A stretch of 64,000 nucleotides of DNA from Anaerolineae bacterium (GTDB lineage: Bacteria; Chloroflexota; Anaerolineae; SpSt-600), in contig JBHOQL010000045.1 of NCBI GenBank assembly GCA_042408195.1, positions 282-64,281 of the forward strand, in the 5' to 3' direction. Below, piece by piece: positions 47,889 through 57,048 of this stretch. Every line of letters starts with the position of its first letter. Within the stretch, counting starts at the first letter, position 1. The position numbers and the translations under genes are program-made. The notes beneath the pieces were generated by a model. It was given only the letters and a program-made list of their open reading frames with translations, ran no database searches and was not told the DNA's origin.

Positions 47889-49646
47889 TCACTGCTCTGA
47901 CCCTTTGTAGAAGAACTCTTCTTTGAGGGATAGGGCATCGCGGGGGCACTCGCTTACACACACTCCGCAGCCCTTGCAGTAATCGTAATCTATCTCGTAA
48001 CCGAAGGCCTCGTTTCTGCGACTTATGGCCCGGTCAGGGCAAAATATGAGGCAGTTATCGCACATAACACAGGTCCCGCACACAAAACACCTTCTGGCTT
48101 CTTTTATTGCCTCTTCCACGGTCAGGCTCAGATTCACCTCTTCAAAGGAAGAACGCCTCCTTTCAATGGGAATTTGCTTCGGGGGCAAAGGCTCTTCCCA
48201 TCGGTAATAGGCCAGGTTGAGGTCCTCAAAGCGCACTATGGTTTCGGAGATGGGCCTGACCACAGCATAGACGTTCCTCTCCAGCGGCGGGAAACCATTA
48301 AGAGTTTCTCCCCTTAGGAACCGATCTATAGCCAGGGCTGCCCTCTTACCCGAGCCTATAGCATGGGTTACCGTGCCAAACCCCGTGGCGATGTCACCGC
48401 CTGCGAAGATGCGAGAAGCGGCCAGGGTGGAAAGATCGGCTTTGATCCGACCCCTTTCCACCCTCAGTTCCTCAATGCCATCCAAGAAGGTCAGATCAGC
48501 CTCCTGGCCCACGGCTGGGATTACGTAATCCACCTCAACGGTGTATTCGGAACCGGGTATAGGGACCGGACGGGGTCTCCCAGATGCATCTGGTTCTTCA
48601 AGGCGCATCCTGATTAAGCGCATTCCTGTAACTCTGCCGTTAGTGGCTATTACTTCCACCGGAGCCGTGAGGAATTCAATACGGATCCCCTCTTCTTCTG
48701 TCTCTTCTATTTCGGCAGGGATAGCGGGCATCTCGTCTCTGGTCCGGCGATAGTATATGGTCACATCGGCTCCGAGGCGTAAGGCGGAACGAGCTGCATC
48801 CATGGCAGAGTTACCTCCACCGATGACCGCTACCTTTTTCCCAAACAGGTCCTTCAGAGCTCCGGGACCTTCCAGGTTCAGGGTCTTGAGGAACTCCAGA
48901 GCCGGGATAACCCCCTCAGCCCGCTCGCCGGGAATCTCCAGAGGACGGTTCTTGGAAAATCCAACCGCCAGGAAAACGGCAGCGTAATCCCTCAGGTCTC
49001 CCCACAAGAGGTTTCCACCCAGTTTCATACCAGTGCGTATTTCCACCCCCAAGGCCTCGATGAGGGCTATTTCCCGCATGAGCACATCCTTGGGAAGGCG
49101 GTAGTCAGGTATGCCGTAGCGCATGAGGCCGCCAGGTTCCGGCAGAGCTTCAAACACAGTGACTCTGTATCCTTTGCGGGCCAAGTGGTAGGCACAGGAT
49201 AACCCCGCCGGCCCCGAACCTATTACAGCCACCTTTGGACCCTCAGGCTTTGCAAAGGGTCGAGGGAACTTCTCTTCCGCTTCCACCACATCTGCCACGA
49301 ACCTCTCGAGGCGGTGGATGGAAAGAGCTCCTCCATAATGGCGGCGATTGCATTCCCCTTCGCAAGGGTGGGGACAAACCCGACCAGTGACGGCCGGGAA
49401 GGGATTTTCAAAGCGGATTACCTCCCAGGCTTCACGGAACCGGCCTTGGGATATGAGGCCCAGATAGACGGGGATGTCTTCCCCGGATGGGCAGTTGAAA
49501 GCGCAGGGTGCCCTCTTGTCTTCGTAGACGGGCCTGAGGTAGCGCCAGCCACCCGTCTTATTGTAAAGAGTGTCAGCCATAGAAACAGGGAGTGGTGGGA
49601 CTTCCTCAACACTTCGGAAAGTTACGACCTTCGTTTTCCCTGCCAT
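47889..49646 (-). CDS. Fusion protein: PorD-type delta subunit (N-terminal TGxWR motif plus C-terminal 2x[4Fe-4S]) with an embedded GltD/NfnB/SudA-like NAD(P)H:FAD oxidoreductase module
   Basis: NKTGGWRYLRPVY (PorD N terminus); CAFNCPSGEDIP...CPHPCEGECNR (GltD-type Fe-S); VAVIGSGPAGLSCAYHLARKG and VAVIGGGNSAMDAAR (two dinucleotide folds); C-terminal CFVCGTCVMCDNCLIFCPD...CKGCGVCVSECP. It sits in the porD slot between porG and porA. Confidence 0.8.
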   Translation of the reverse strand: MAGKTKVVTFRSVEEVPPLPVSMADTLYNKTGGWRYLRPVYEDKRAPCAFNCPSGEDIPVYLGLISQGRFREAWEVIRFENPFPAVTGRVCPHPCEGECNRRHYGGALSIHRLERFVADVVEAEEKFPRPFAKPEGPKVAVIGSGPAGLSCAYHLARKGYRVTVFEALPEPGGLMRYGIPDYRLPKDVLMREIALIEALGVEIRTGMKLGGNLLWGDLRDYAAVFLAVGFSKNRPLEIPGERAEGVIPALEFLKTLNLEGPGALKDLFGKKVAVIGGGNSAMDAARSALRLGADVTIYYRRTRDEMPAIPAEIEETEEEGIRIEFLTAPVEVIATNGRVTGMRLIRMRLEEPDASGRPRPVPIPGSEYTVEVDYVIPAVGQEADLTFLDGIEELRVERGRIKADLSTLAASRIFAGGDIATGFGTVTHAIGSGKRAALAIDRFLRGETLNGFPPLERNVYAVVRPISETIVRFEDLNLAYYRWEEPLPPKQIPIERRRSSFEEVNLSLTVEEAIKEARRCFVCGTCVMCDNCLIFCPDRAISRRNEAFGYEIDYDYCKGCGVCVSECPRDALSLKEEFFYKGSEQ

Positions 49647-49655
49647 TGGATCCTC

Positions 49656-50207
49656 CTAAAAGAGCACTTTCTCAAAAGCCTCTCGGGCTGCTGCAACATT
49701 TTCCTCGGGCTTGAAAGGCACCACTTCTCTTATGGCTCGAGCTAAAGAATCAAGGCCAACAATCCCTGTGATCCTGGAAAAGGCTCCGAGAATGGCGGTG
49801 TTGACAATAGGAGCGGTAGATGTGCCCAATTGATGGGCCACGGCTATGGAACTGGCATCTACAGTAGCTATTTTATAGCGGGGTATGGAGGGCTGAAAAA
49901 GAGAAGGGGGGTGAGGTGAATTTATCAACACCCACCCCCCTTCCTTGAGGCCCTCGGTAACATTTACAGCCTCTATGAGGGTAGGGTCAAGCACTATAAT
50001 GTGATCTGGGTGGTAGATTGAATAGCGAGCTCGGATAGGCTTTTCCGAAATCCTCGCAAAGGCCATAACGGGAGCTCCCCTCCGCTCCACCCCGAAAAGG
50101 GGGAAGGACTGGACAAACTTGCCTTCCAAAAAAGCGGCGGTAACCAGGACCTCAGAAGCAACCACCGCACCCTGCCCTCCACGCCCGTGGATGCGGATTT
50201 CAATCAT
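49656..50207 (-). CDS. porG: Pyruvate/2-oxoacid:ferredoxin oxidoreductase gamma subunit
   Basis: MIEIRIHGRGGQGAVVASEVL...FGVERRGAPV. ATG at 50207 after GGGAGGAAAC. Confidence 0.9.
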   Translation of the reverse strand: MIEIRIHGRGGQGAVVASEVLVTAAFLEGKFVQSFPLFGVERRGAPVMAFARISEKPIRARYSIYHPDHIIVLDPTLIEAVNVTEGLKEGGWVLINSPHPPSLFQPSIPRYKIATVDASSIAVAHQLGTSTAPIVNTAILGAFSRITGIVGLDSLARAIREVVPFKPEENVAAAREAFEKVLF

Positions 50208-50254
50208 CTCGTTTCCTCCCAAATTTGATTGAAGAACTCCTTTAGCGAGGCTTA

Positions 50255-50283
50255 ATTATACCCCCAGGTTTTATAGAGGTCAA
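50255..50283 (-). promoter_or_regulatory. Sigma-70 promoter of the por operon (TTGACC-17-TATAAT)
   Basis: On the minus strand, ttgacc (50278-50283), a 17-nt spacer, then tataat (50255-50260). It lies 48 nt upstream of the porG ATG. Confidence 0.6.
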
Positions 50284-50463
50284 GGCATTCCCTTACTTGA
50301 CTTTACCTCTATCTCAGAGGGCATACAGCAGTTGGAACAAAGGGAAGAGCAATCTTGGTAATGCCCCGAAGGGCTTAAGTCATCGCTGACCTCCTGCGAT
50401 GAGATCGGGGACTTTAAATCGATCTGTTTGTCCAGCCGCTCCAAGGGGTGTCAAGAGAAAAAA

Positions 50464-50493
50464 TTTGAAATCAAGGGAGGGGATGGTATATAA
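50464..50493 (+). promoter_or_regulatory. Sigma-70 promoter (TTGAAA-18-TATAAT) for the HEAT-repeat gene
   Basis: ttgaaa 50464-50469, tataat 50488-50493. It lies 22 nt upstream of the ATG at 50515, which has a GGAGGGAAGGAG RBS. Confidence 0.55.
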
Positions 50494-50514
50494 TTAATTT
50501 CGGAGGGAAGGAGC

Positions 50515-51432
50515 ATGTCGGAGATAGAGGTAATCTTAAGGAAGTTGGCGGAAGATCCGAAGCCTTGGCGGTCACGCTATCTGGCGGGGCTGGCTGGATT
50601 AAGCCGTAGAGAGGCCCAGAGTTTCCAAGAGATTTGGCGAACCCTTTCGGTTGAGAACCGGAAGAAGATTATAAGCGCTTTGGTGGAAGTAAGCGAGAGA
50701 GATAGCAGCCTTGATTTTTCTTATCTTTTCCGCCTTTGCTTGGAAGATGATGATGAGGAAGTCCGCCTTCAGGCTTTGGAAGGACTGTGGGAAGACGAAG
50801 ACCCAGCCCTCGTCGTCCTGCTGGTTAAGCTTTTGAGGAAAGACCCCTCTTTCAGAGTTAGAGCAGCTGCCGCCTCCTCCCTTGGGCGCTTTTTGCTCTA
50901 TGCCGGCACCAGCAAACTGGACGATTACTATGCTAGTCTGGTCTATTCAGCTTTGATGGAAGCAGCCAGGGAGGAAAACCTGGAGGTTAAGAGAAGGGCT
51001 ATAGAGGCGCTCTCCTATTCTGCCTTGGACGATGAAAACGTCCTTAAGCTTATTGAGGAAGCTTATCACCACCCCAGTGATAAGATGAAAGCCAGTGCCC
51101 TCTTTGCCATGGGGAAGAACGCCAACCCCAGATGGCGGTCCATTGTCCTAAAGGAATTGCACAACCCCAGGCCTGAAATCCGCTATGAAGCGGCAAGGGC
51201 CTGCGGGGAGATGGGTTTGAAAGAGGCTGTGGAAAGCCTTGCCTCTCTTGTAAAGGACAAGGATCACGAAGTAAGAGAAGCCGCTATATGGGCTCTTGGA
51301 AACATAGGGGGAAACGAAGCCCGTAGAATTCTCTTGCACTTCCTCAGAGAAGGAGACGATTCAATAAAAGAAGCTTTGGAAGAGGCCCTTAGGGAAGCGA
51401 GTTTCTCCTCTGAGCCCCTTAATCCCCTTTAG
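50515..51432 (+). CDS. HEAT-repeat (PBS-lyase-type) protein
   Basis: Repeated D..VR..A...LG units ([48 protein letters not shown]). Confidence 0.8.
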   Translation: MSEIEVILRKLAEDPKPWRSRYLAGLAGLSRREAQSFQEIWRTLSVENRKKIISALVEVSERDSSLDFSYLFRLCLEDDDEEVRLQALEGLWEDEDPALVVLLVKLLRKDPSFRVRAAAASSLGRFLLYAGTSKLDDYYASLVYSALMEAAREENLEVKRRAIEALSYSALDDENVLKLIEEAYHHPSDKMKASALFAMGKNANPRWRSIVLKELHNPRPEIRYEAARACGEMGLKEAVESLASLVKDKDHEVREAAIWALGNIGGNEARRILLHFLREGDDSIKEALEEALREASFSSEPLNPL

Positions 51433-52472
51433 AGCAGGAAATCCTTGAGCTTACGACTGCGGAGGGGATGACGCAGCTTACGGAGAGCTTTTGCTTCTAT
51501 CTGGCGTGCCCTTTCTCTTGTCACCCCAAGCTTCTGCCCAATCTCTTCTAAAGTTTTAGGCCTTCCATCCCTAAGGCCGAAGCGTTCTTCCAGAACCTCT
51601 CGCTCTTTATCGCTCAAGGTTTCCAGGACTTTCCGAATTTCTTCCCTCAGGATTTCTCTGAAGGTTTCATCAGTGGGTGCAGGAGCAGAGGTGTCCTCAA
51701 TGAAATCCCCAAGGAAAGTATCCTCATCAGCACCTATTGGGGTTTCAAGGGATACGGGTTCCTGAGCAGCCAACACTATACTTCGGACTTTAGCGACAGC
51801 CTTTTGGAGCTTCCTCTGAAGATGCCAAGGGATAGGCTTACCTTGCTCCGTAGCTTCTTTGATAGCCTGGACGTCCTCCTGGGACAAGAGCCCCATTTCC
51901 AGGGCCATTTCCTCCGCTGTCGGTTCTCTGCCGAGCTTCTGGGTCAGAATTCTGTGGGCATTGAGCTGGCGCTGGATGTTCTCCATCATGTGGAGAGGGA
52001 TACGGATTGTGCGGGACTGATCGGCTATTGCCCTGGTGATGGCCTGTCTTATCCACCAAGTAGCATAAGTGCTGAAACGGAAACCTCTGCGAGGGTCAAA
52101 CTTCTCGGCGGCCTTAAGCAAGCCCAGGTTCCCCTCCTGAATAAGGTCCAGCAGGGATAGGCCACGGCCAAAGTAATGTTTAGCAATGCTCACCACGAGG
52201 CGCAGGTTGCCTTGCACCAAGCGGCGCTTGGCCATTTCACCAGCTCTGACCTGGGCTTCCAGTTTCGCCTTCTCCAAAGGGGAAAGGTCACCTTTCTTGA
52301 GACGCTGTTCGGCCATTCTGCCCTTTTGGATAAGGTTCCCCAGTTCCTTCTCTTCCTCCGGGGTAAGCAAAGGGATCTTGCTGATTTCCCTGAGGTAAAT
52401 CTGAACCGCGCTATCCCCCAGGTCGAGCTCTTCGTTATTGAGTTCTTCCAGTTCTGGAAATTCCTCAAGCAT
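51429..52472 (-). CDS. rpoD: Primary-type RNA polymerase sigma-70 factor
   Basis: Region 2 ([13 protein letters not shown]...[34 protein letters not shown]), region 3, and region 4 ([28 protein letters not shown]). Confidence 0.9.
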   Translation of the reverse strand: MLEEFPELEELNNEELDLGDSAVQIYLREISKIPLLTPEEEKELGNLIQKGRMAEQRLKKGDLSPLEKAKLEAQVRAGEMAKRRLVQGNLRLVVSIAKHYFGRGLSLLDLIQEGNLGLLKAAEKFDPRRGFRFSTYATWWIRQAITRAIADQSRTIRIPLHMMENIQRQLNAHRILTQKLGREPTAEEMALEMGLLSQEDVQAIKEATEQGKPIPWHLQRKLQKAVAKVRSIVLAAQEPVSLETPIGADEDTFLGDFIEDTSAPAPTDETFREILREEIRKVLETLSDKEREVLEERFGLRDGRPKTLEEIGQKLGVTRERARQIEAKALRKLRHPLRSRKLKDFLL

Positions 52473-54340
52473 TAAACCCCCCGCTTCCGGTAAGAATAGC
52501 GGGACATGGCACGGTGGAGAGATGCCAGCTCCTCTGCATGGGCTTTGATTAAACCGCGATAATAGTTCAAACTTTCCTCATCCCCCTGTTCTCGTGCTTC
52601 TTCTTGGAGGAACTTAAGTTCCTGAAGGTAATAGCGGATGCTTTGCTCCCGCATGCGCAGGGCGCAGTAGAGGATTTCATCCTCCGCCTTTTCCAATGGG
52701 GTCTGAGGCGCGCTTCCGGCTTTTTCCAGAATGGCAAAAGCTCGCTCCTTCAGTATGGGGTCTAGGCTTTCGAGGAAATCCTCAAGCCTTCCCCCATCTT
52801 TATCCAAAGCCGCTTTCCAGAGGCTGAAGAGAATCCGGGTCTCGGACTCGGAGAAATCGGCCTCGCTGAGGGGATATAATCCCATCGCAGTCATTTTCTT
52901 ATCCAGAAAGCTCAGCAGCTCTGGGTTTTCCATAAATCTGGCCAAGGCGTACTCCTCAAGACCAAGAGCTGTCTTGGGAACCTGCCTTTGAGCCTGCACC
53001 TGAATTCTACTCCTCACTACAGACCCAAGTTCCCTGCGGATAACCCCCTCATCAATCTTTATAATCCTAGCCAAGCGATAAATGTAATGCTCTCTCTCTA
53101 CTTCGTCTTTTATGGCCCTCAAGATAGGGACGATGGTCCGGACAGCCTCGGCTTTGCCTTTGGGAGAAGAAAGGTCAAACTTCCGGGAAAGGAGTTGAAT
53201 GAAAAATTCCGCTACGGGTGTAGCCTTTTCCAAGACTTCTTGCCACTCCTTGGGTGATTCCCGGATTAGATCATCGGGGTCCCGGCCGGGTGGTAGGCTG
53301 AGGATGAAGATCTCAGCGTTGAGGCGCTCTTCAAACCGGATAAAGCCTCTCGGGTCAAAGGCCGGTTGAGTTTCTTTGTCCAGAACTTCCTCAGCCATCT
53401 GAAGGGCCCTTATTGTCGCCTCACTTCCGGCAATGTCGGGGTCAAGGGCGAAGGCGAAACGCCTGGTGTAACGGGAAAGAAGCCTGAGCTGGGCTTCGGT
53501 TATGGAAGTACCCATGGAGGCTACCACATTCCTATAGCCTCTTTGATGAGCCTGAATTACGTCAAAGTACCCTTCCACTATAATAGCCATATCCTGTTCT
53601 TTTATGGCCTCTTTGGCTATGTCCAGTCCGAAGAGGATCCGGCTCTTATCAAAGATCGGGGTTGCGGGAGAGTTTATATATTTCGGAACCCCTTCGGGGT
53701 CAAGGGTCCTACCCCCGAAGCCAGCAATTCTTCCCGCCTCATCCCTTATCGGAATCATAAGACGATCCCGAAAGCGATCGTAAAAGCTTCCGTCTTCTCG
53801 CTTTACGATGAGGCCAGCTTCGTAGATGATTTCCCGTTTATATCCGAGGTTCACCATAAACTCTTCCAACCCATGCCATTCCGCAGGGGCGTAGCCAAGC
53901 TTGAAGACTTTGATCGCTTCTTCGCTTACGCCTCTTTTCTCCAGATATTCCCTCGCTTTAAACCCCCTTTCCGGGTGGAAAAGGACGCGGTGGTAGTAAT
54001 CGGCGGCAACAGAATTCACCTCGCGCAGAAGTCTTTCCCTTTCCATTTCTTTCGGGGGTCTTTCCTCCAGCCGGACCCCAACCTTCTCGGCCAAGAGCTT
54101 GAGGGCTTCCCTAAAGTCCAGTCCCTCTCGCTTCATTACAAAAGAGAAAACATCTCCACCTGTGTTACACCCGAAGCAATGCCATGTCTGGGTGTGGGGG
54201 AAGACGTAAAAAGAGGGCGTTTTTTCGGAATGGAAAGGGCAAAGGGCTTTGTAGTTACGCCCCGCTTTCTTGAGAGGGACGTATTGCCCTATAACCTCAA
54301 CTATATCAGCCCTGGCTTTGACTTCATCAATTGCACCCAT
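52472..54340 (-). CDS. dnaG: DNA primase
   Basis: Zinc ribbon [15 protein letters not shown]...WHCFGC, a TOPRIM domain (IVEGYFDV...), and a C-terminal helical domain. TAATG overlap with rpoD. Confidence 0.9.
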   Translation of the reverse strand: MGAIDEVKARADIVEVIGQYVPLKKAGRNYKALCPFHSEKTPSFYVFPHTQTWHCFGCNTGGDVFSFVMKREGLDFREALKLLAEKVGVRLEERPPKEMERERLLREVNSVAADYYHRVLFHPERGFKAREYLEKRGVSEEAIKVFKLGYAPAEWHGLEEFMVNLGYKREIIYEAGLIVKREDGSFYDRFRDRLMIPIRDEAGRIAGFGGRTLDPEGVPKYINSPATPIFDKSRILFGLDIAKEAIKEQDMAIIVEGYFDVIQAHQRGYRNVVASMGTSITEAQLRLLSRYTRRFAFALDPDIAGSEATIRALQMAEEVLDKETQPAFDPRGFIRFEERLNAEIFILSLPPGRDPDDLIRESPKEWQEVLEKATPVAEFFIQLLSRKFDLSSPKGKAEAVRTIVPILRAIKDEVEREHYIYRLARIIKIDEGVIRRELGSVVRSRIQVQAQRQVPKTALGLEEYALARFMENPELLSFLDKKMTAMGLYPLSEADFSESETRILFSLWKAALDKDGGRLEDFLESLDPILKERAFAILEKAGSAPQTPLEKAEDEILYCALRMREQSIRYYLQELKFLQEEAREQGDEESLNYYRGLIKAHAEELASLHRAMSRYSYRKRGV

Positions 54341-54519
54341 TTTCCTATTTCCCTACGCAGGCTAATTTTAAAGCAAGGGTAAGGGAATGTCAAAAGCCTT
54401 TGAGGTTGCCTGTGGAAGAGGTCAGCCTGTCCGCCGAGCGGTCTCAACCTTTTCTTTTAGGACTACTTCTATTATAATTCGGAAAAAGCCAAAGCGTGCA
54501 AACACCGAGAGGGGGAACC

Positions 54520-55518
54520 ATGTCGGCGAAGTGTACGAGAAGGGATTTCCTCAAGTATATAGCAGGCTGGACCGCTGCCCTCTTGCTCGAGGGATGTATC
54601 GGCAAAGCCACGCCTTTTACTCCCGTTCTGCCCCCCACTCTTACCCCAACCTCGACTCCAACAGCTACTTTTACCCCGAGACCTACACCTACCTACACTC
54701 CTATAACCGCCGTTCAGAGAGGAGATGTTGCCATTGCCCGAGGAAAGGACTGGGAAGCCATTACCCGCGCAGCAATAGAAGCTATCGGTGGAATGAAAGC
54801 CTTCGTTCGGCCCGGATCTACCGTCATGATAAAGCCCAACATATGCACTGCGGGACGCCCTCCCGAATACGCCGCTACTTCCCACCCAGCAGTCGTGGCC
54901 ACAGTCGCCAGAATGTGTTGGGAAGCCGGAGCCAGTAAAGTAATGGTCTTTGACCTGCCTTTCTCCGGGACTCAGGAAGCTGCCTACAGGGATAGCGGCA
55001 TAGCTGATGCCGTAAAAGGGCTGGACGTGGAATTGCTCTTTGCCTCCCCAAGACATTACGAGAAGGTGCCAATTCCTAATGGCAGGGATTTAAAAGAATG
55101 GATCTTCCTTCGCCAGGCGCTGGACGTCGACGTCTTCATTAACATCCCCATCGCCAAGCATCACGGAACGGCAGGCCTCACACTGGGGATGAAGAACATT
55201 ATGGGGGTTATCCAGGATCGCCCCCTTATCCACTGGAACCTTCACCAGCGTATCGCCGACCTGAACACTGTGGTGCGCTCTCATCTTGTGGTCATAGACG
55301 CCACCCGCATTCTAATTGCCCACGGTCCTCAGGGTGGGAACCTTAACGATGTCCGCATAACGGATACAGTGATTGCCTCCCATGATATCGTGGCAGCCGA
55401 TGCTTTGGCCGCCACCCTCTTCGGGAAGAATTGGCGAGATATAGGTTATATAAGGCTCGGGGCTGAAATGGGCTTAGGCCTTCCAGAAGGCCGCCCCGTG
55501 GTGGAGGTCTTACTCTGA
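54520..55518 (+). CDS. DUF362-domain protein with Tat signal, lipobox-like Cys and Thr/Pro-rich linker
   Basis: MSAKCTRRDFLKYIAGWTAALLLEGC (twin-arginine motif), then TPFTPVLPPTLTPTSTPTATFTPRPTPTYTP, then a DUF362-like core (VMIKPNIC...INIPIAKHH...VIDATRIL). Confidence 0.75.
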   Translation: MSAKCTRRDFLKYIAGWTAALLLEGCIGKATPFTPVLPPTLTPTSTPTATFTPRPTPTYTPITAVQRGDVAIARGKDWEAITRAAIEAIGGMKAFVRPGSTVMIKPNICTAGRPPEYAATSHPAVVATVARMCWEAGASKVMVFDLPFSGTQEAAYRDSGIADAVKGLDVELLFASPRHYEKVPIPNGRDLKEWIFLRQALDVDVFINIPIAKHHGTAGLTLGMKNIMGVIQDRPLIHWNLHQRIADLNTVVRSHLVVIDATRILIAHGPQGGNLNDVRITDTVIASHDIVAADALAATLFGKNWRDIGYIRLGAEMGLGLPEGRPVVEVLL

Positions 55519-57038
55519 TGCACTGGAGAAGGCTTCGCATTGTTTCCCAGGCCCTATTCTTTGCCCTTTTCCTAGCCCTGGGGGTAAAAGTTTCCCAAAG
55601 TTTCACAGGAACACCCTGGAACCTGTTTGCTCGCTTTGACCCACTGGCAGCTCTTCTGGTCTTCCTGGGGATTAAAAGTTTACCATTTAACCTTTTCTGG
55701 GGCGCCCTTCTAATTCTAATGCTGACCCTCCTGCTGGGCAGAGTTTTCTGCGGCTGGATATGCCCTCTTGGCTCCTTCCTTGAGTGGACCTCCAAACCAA
55801 TCCCCAGAGGGCGTAGAAAAGCAAGCTATTACCTCTTCCACGCGAGTTTCTTTCTCCTTTCCGTCACGCTCCTACTGGCTGTCGTGGGTAATCTCTGGCC
55901 CTCTTTCCTCGACCCCATCACCATTGCTCAGAGAGTTCTCATTACATTCGGACACCCCGCTGCTGGCCTGATCCTTAGCACTGTGGGGAATGTCCTTTAC
56001 TTTTTTGGTCCGCTCCGTGAATTTGTTGACCTCACTGATAAACTGTGGCGATGGATTGGTCTCCTCCCTTATGGTGAACTACGCCTCTACCGCTTTTCCC
56101 TGATCTTCCTTGGTTTCCTCTTAATCCTAACCCTCCTGAACCGATTGGCACCCCGTTTCTGGTGTCGAGCTTTGTGTCCTCTTGGGTATCTCCTGACCCT
56201 GGCAGGGCGTCTTTCGCCTCTGACGGTGAAAGTCAACGATGAAACTTGCAGCCAGTGTGGACTCTGTGCCGAGCTTTGCCCTATTCTCCCAGCTTGGGCC
56301 GAAAGGGTTGATAGTAGAGCTGATTGCTGGCGCTGCGCTGAATGCATCGCCTCATGCCCCCAAGGAGCTATTTCCTTTGCCTGGTCATGGCCTTATCTCC
56401 AGCCCCAAACCTTCAATCCATCCAAACGCACTTTCCTCTTGGGTATGCTGGGAGCAACGGCAACACTTATCCTTACCCGCACCGATGCCTTTGCTCGTCG
56501 CAGTTCCCAAGCCTTGATCAGGCCTCCGGGGGCAAGGGTCAGGCTTTCCATTACGGGCCTTGATGAGACCGAATTCTTAAGCCGTTGCATCCGCTGCGGC
56601 CTTTGCTGGAAGGTTTGCCCCACTAACGGACTGCAGCCCGTCGGGCTGGAAGCGGGTTTCGAAGGCTTCTGGACTCCTATATTGATTCCCAGGATGGGCT
56701 ACTGCGATTACGGGTGCACTGCGTGTGGGGAAATATGTCCAACAGGGGCTATTGAAAGGCTGAGCCTTGAGGAAAAAAGGAAAAGGCAAATAGGTATTGC
56801 TTACATAGACCAGAAACGCTGCATTCCCTACAGCCTGCATCGCCTTTGCACCGTGTGCGAAGAAATGTGCCCCGTTCCGGACAAAGCCATAATCCTGGAG
56901 GAACGGTTAATAGAAGGCGCCGCTTTGCTTTTCCCCAAGGTTGTCCCGGAAAGGTGCATAGGATGTGGGATATGCGAAAACAAATGTCCTGTCCCTGGCG
57001 AGGCAGCTATAAAAGTTTATACCCCATTCAAGGTTTAG
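55518..57038 (+). CDS. Membrane polyferredoxin (NapH/MauN/NosR-like N-terminal TM domain plus multiple 4Fe-4S motifs)
   Basis: CGWICPLG and WCRALCPLG in TM regions. CxxCxxCxxxCP motifs: CSQCGLCAELCP, CWRCAECIASCP, CIRCGLCWKVCP, CTACGEICP, CTVCEEMCP, CIGCGICENKCP. TGATG overlap with the DUF362 gene. Confidence 0.8.
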   Translation: MHWRRLRIVSQALFFALFLALGVKVSQSFTGTPWNLFARFDPLAALLVFLGIKSLPFNLFWGALLILMLTLLLGRVFCGWICPLGSFLEWTSKPIPRGRRKASYYLFHASFFLLSVTLLLAVVGNLWPSFLDPITIAQRVLITFGHPAAGLILSTVGNVLYFFGPLREFVDLTDKLWRWIGLLPYGELRLYRFSLIFLGFLLILTLLNRLAPRFWCRALCPLGYLLTLAGRLSPLTVKVNDETCSQCGLCAELCPILPAWAERVDSRADCWRCAECIASCPQGAISFAWSWPYLQPQTFNPSKRTFLLGMLGATATLILTRTDAFARRSSQALIRPPGARVRLSITGLDETEFLSRCIRCGLCWKVCPTNGLQPVGLEAGFEGFWTPILIPRMGYCDYGCTACGEICPTGAIERLSLEEKRKRQIGIAYIDQKRCIPYSLHRLCTVCEEMCPVPDKAIILEERLIEGAALLFPKVVPERCIGCGICENKCPVPGEAAIKVYTPFKV

Positions 57039-57048
57039 GAGGAAAATA

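Noticed and set aside
53366-54382. 338-aa ORF on the + strand opposite dnaG, and similar antisense ORFs (4011-4679, 8479-9015, 19429-19980, 46769-47626, 41113-41766)
   Set aside because: In each case the opposite strand encodes a protein with clear family motifs. The antisense products lack motifs and RBSs.
54473-54478. TATAAT box upstream of the DUF362 gene as a promoter
   Set aside because: The -10 is perfect, but the best -35 candidates (TTTTCT or CTTTTC) are poor, so it was not listed as a feature.
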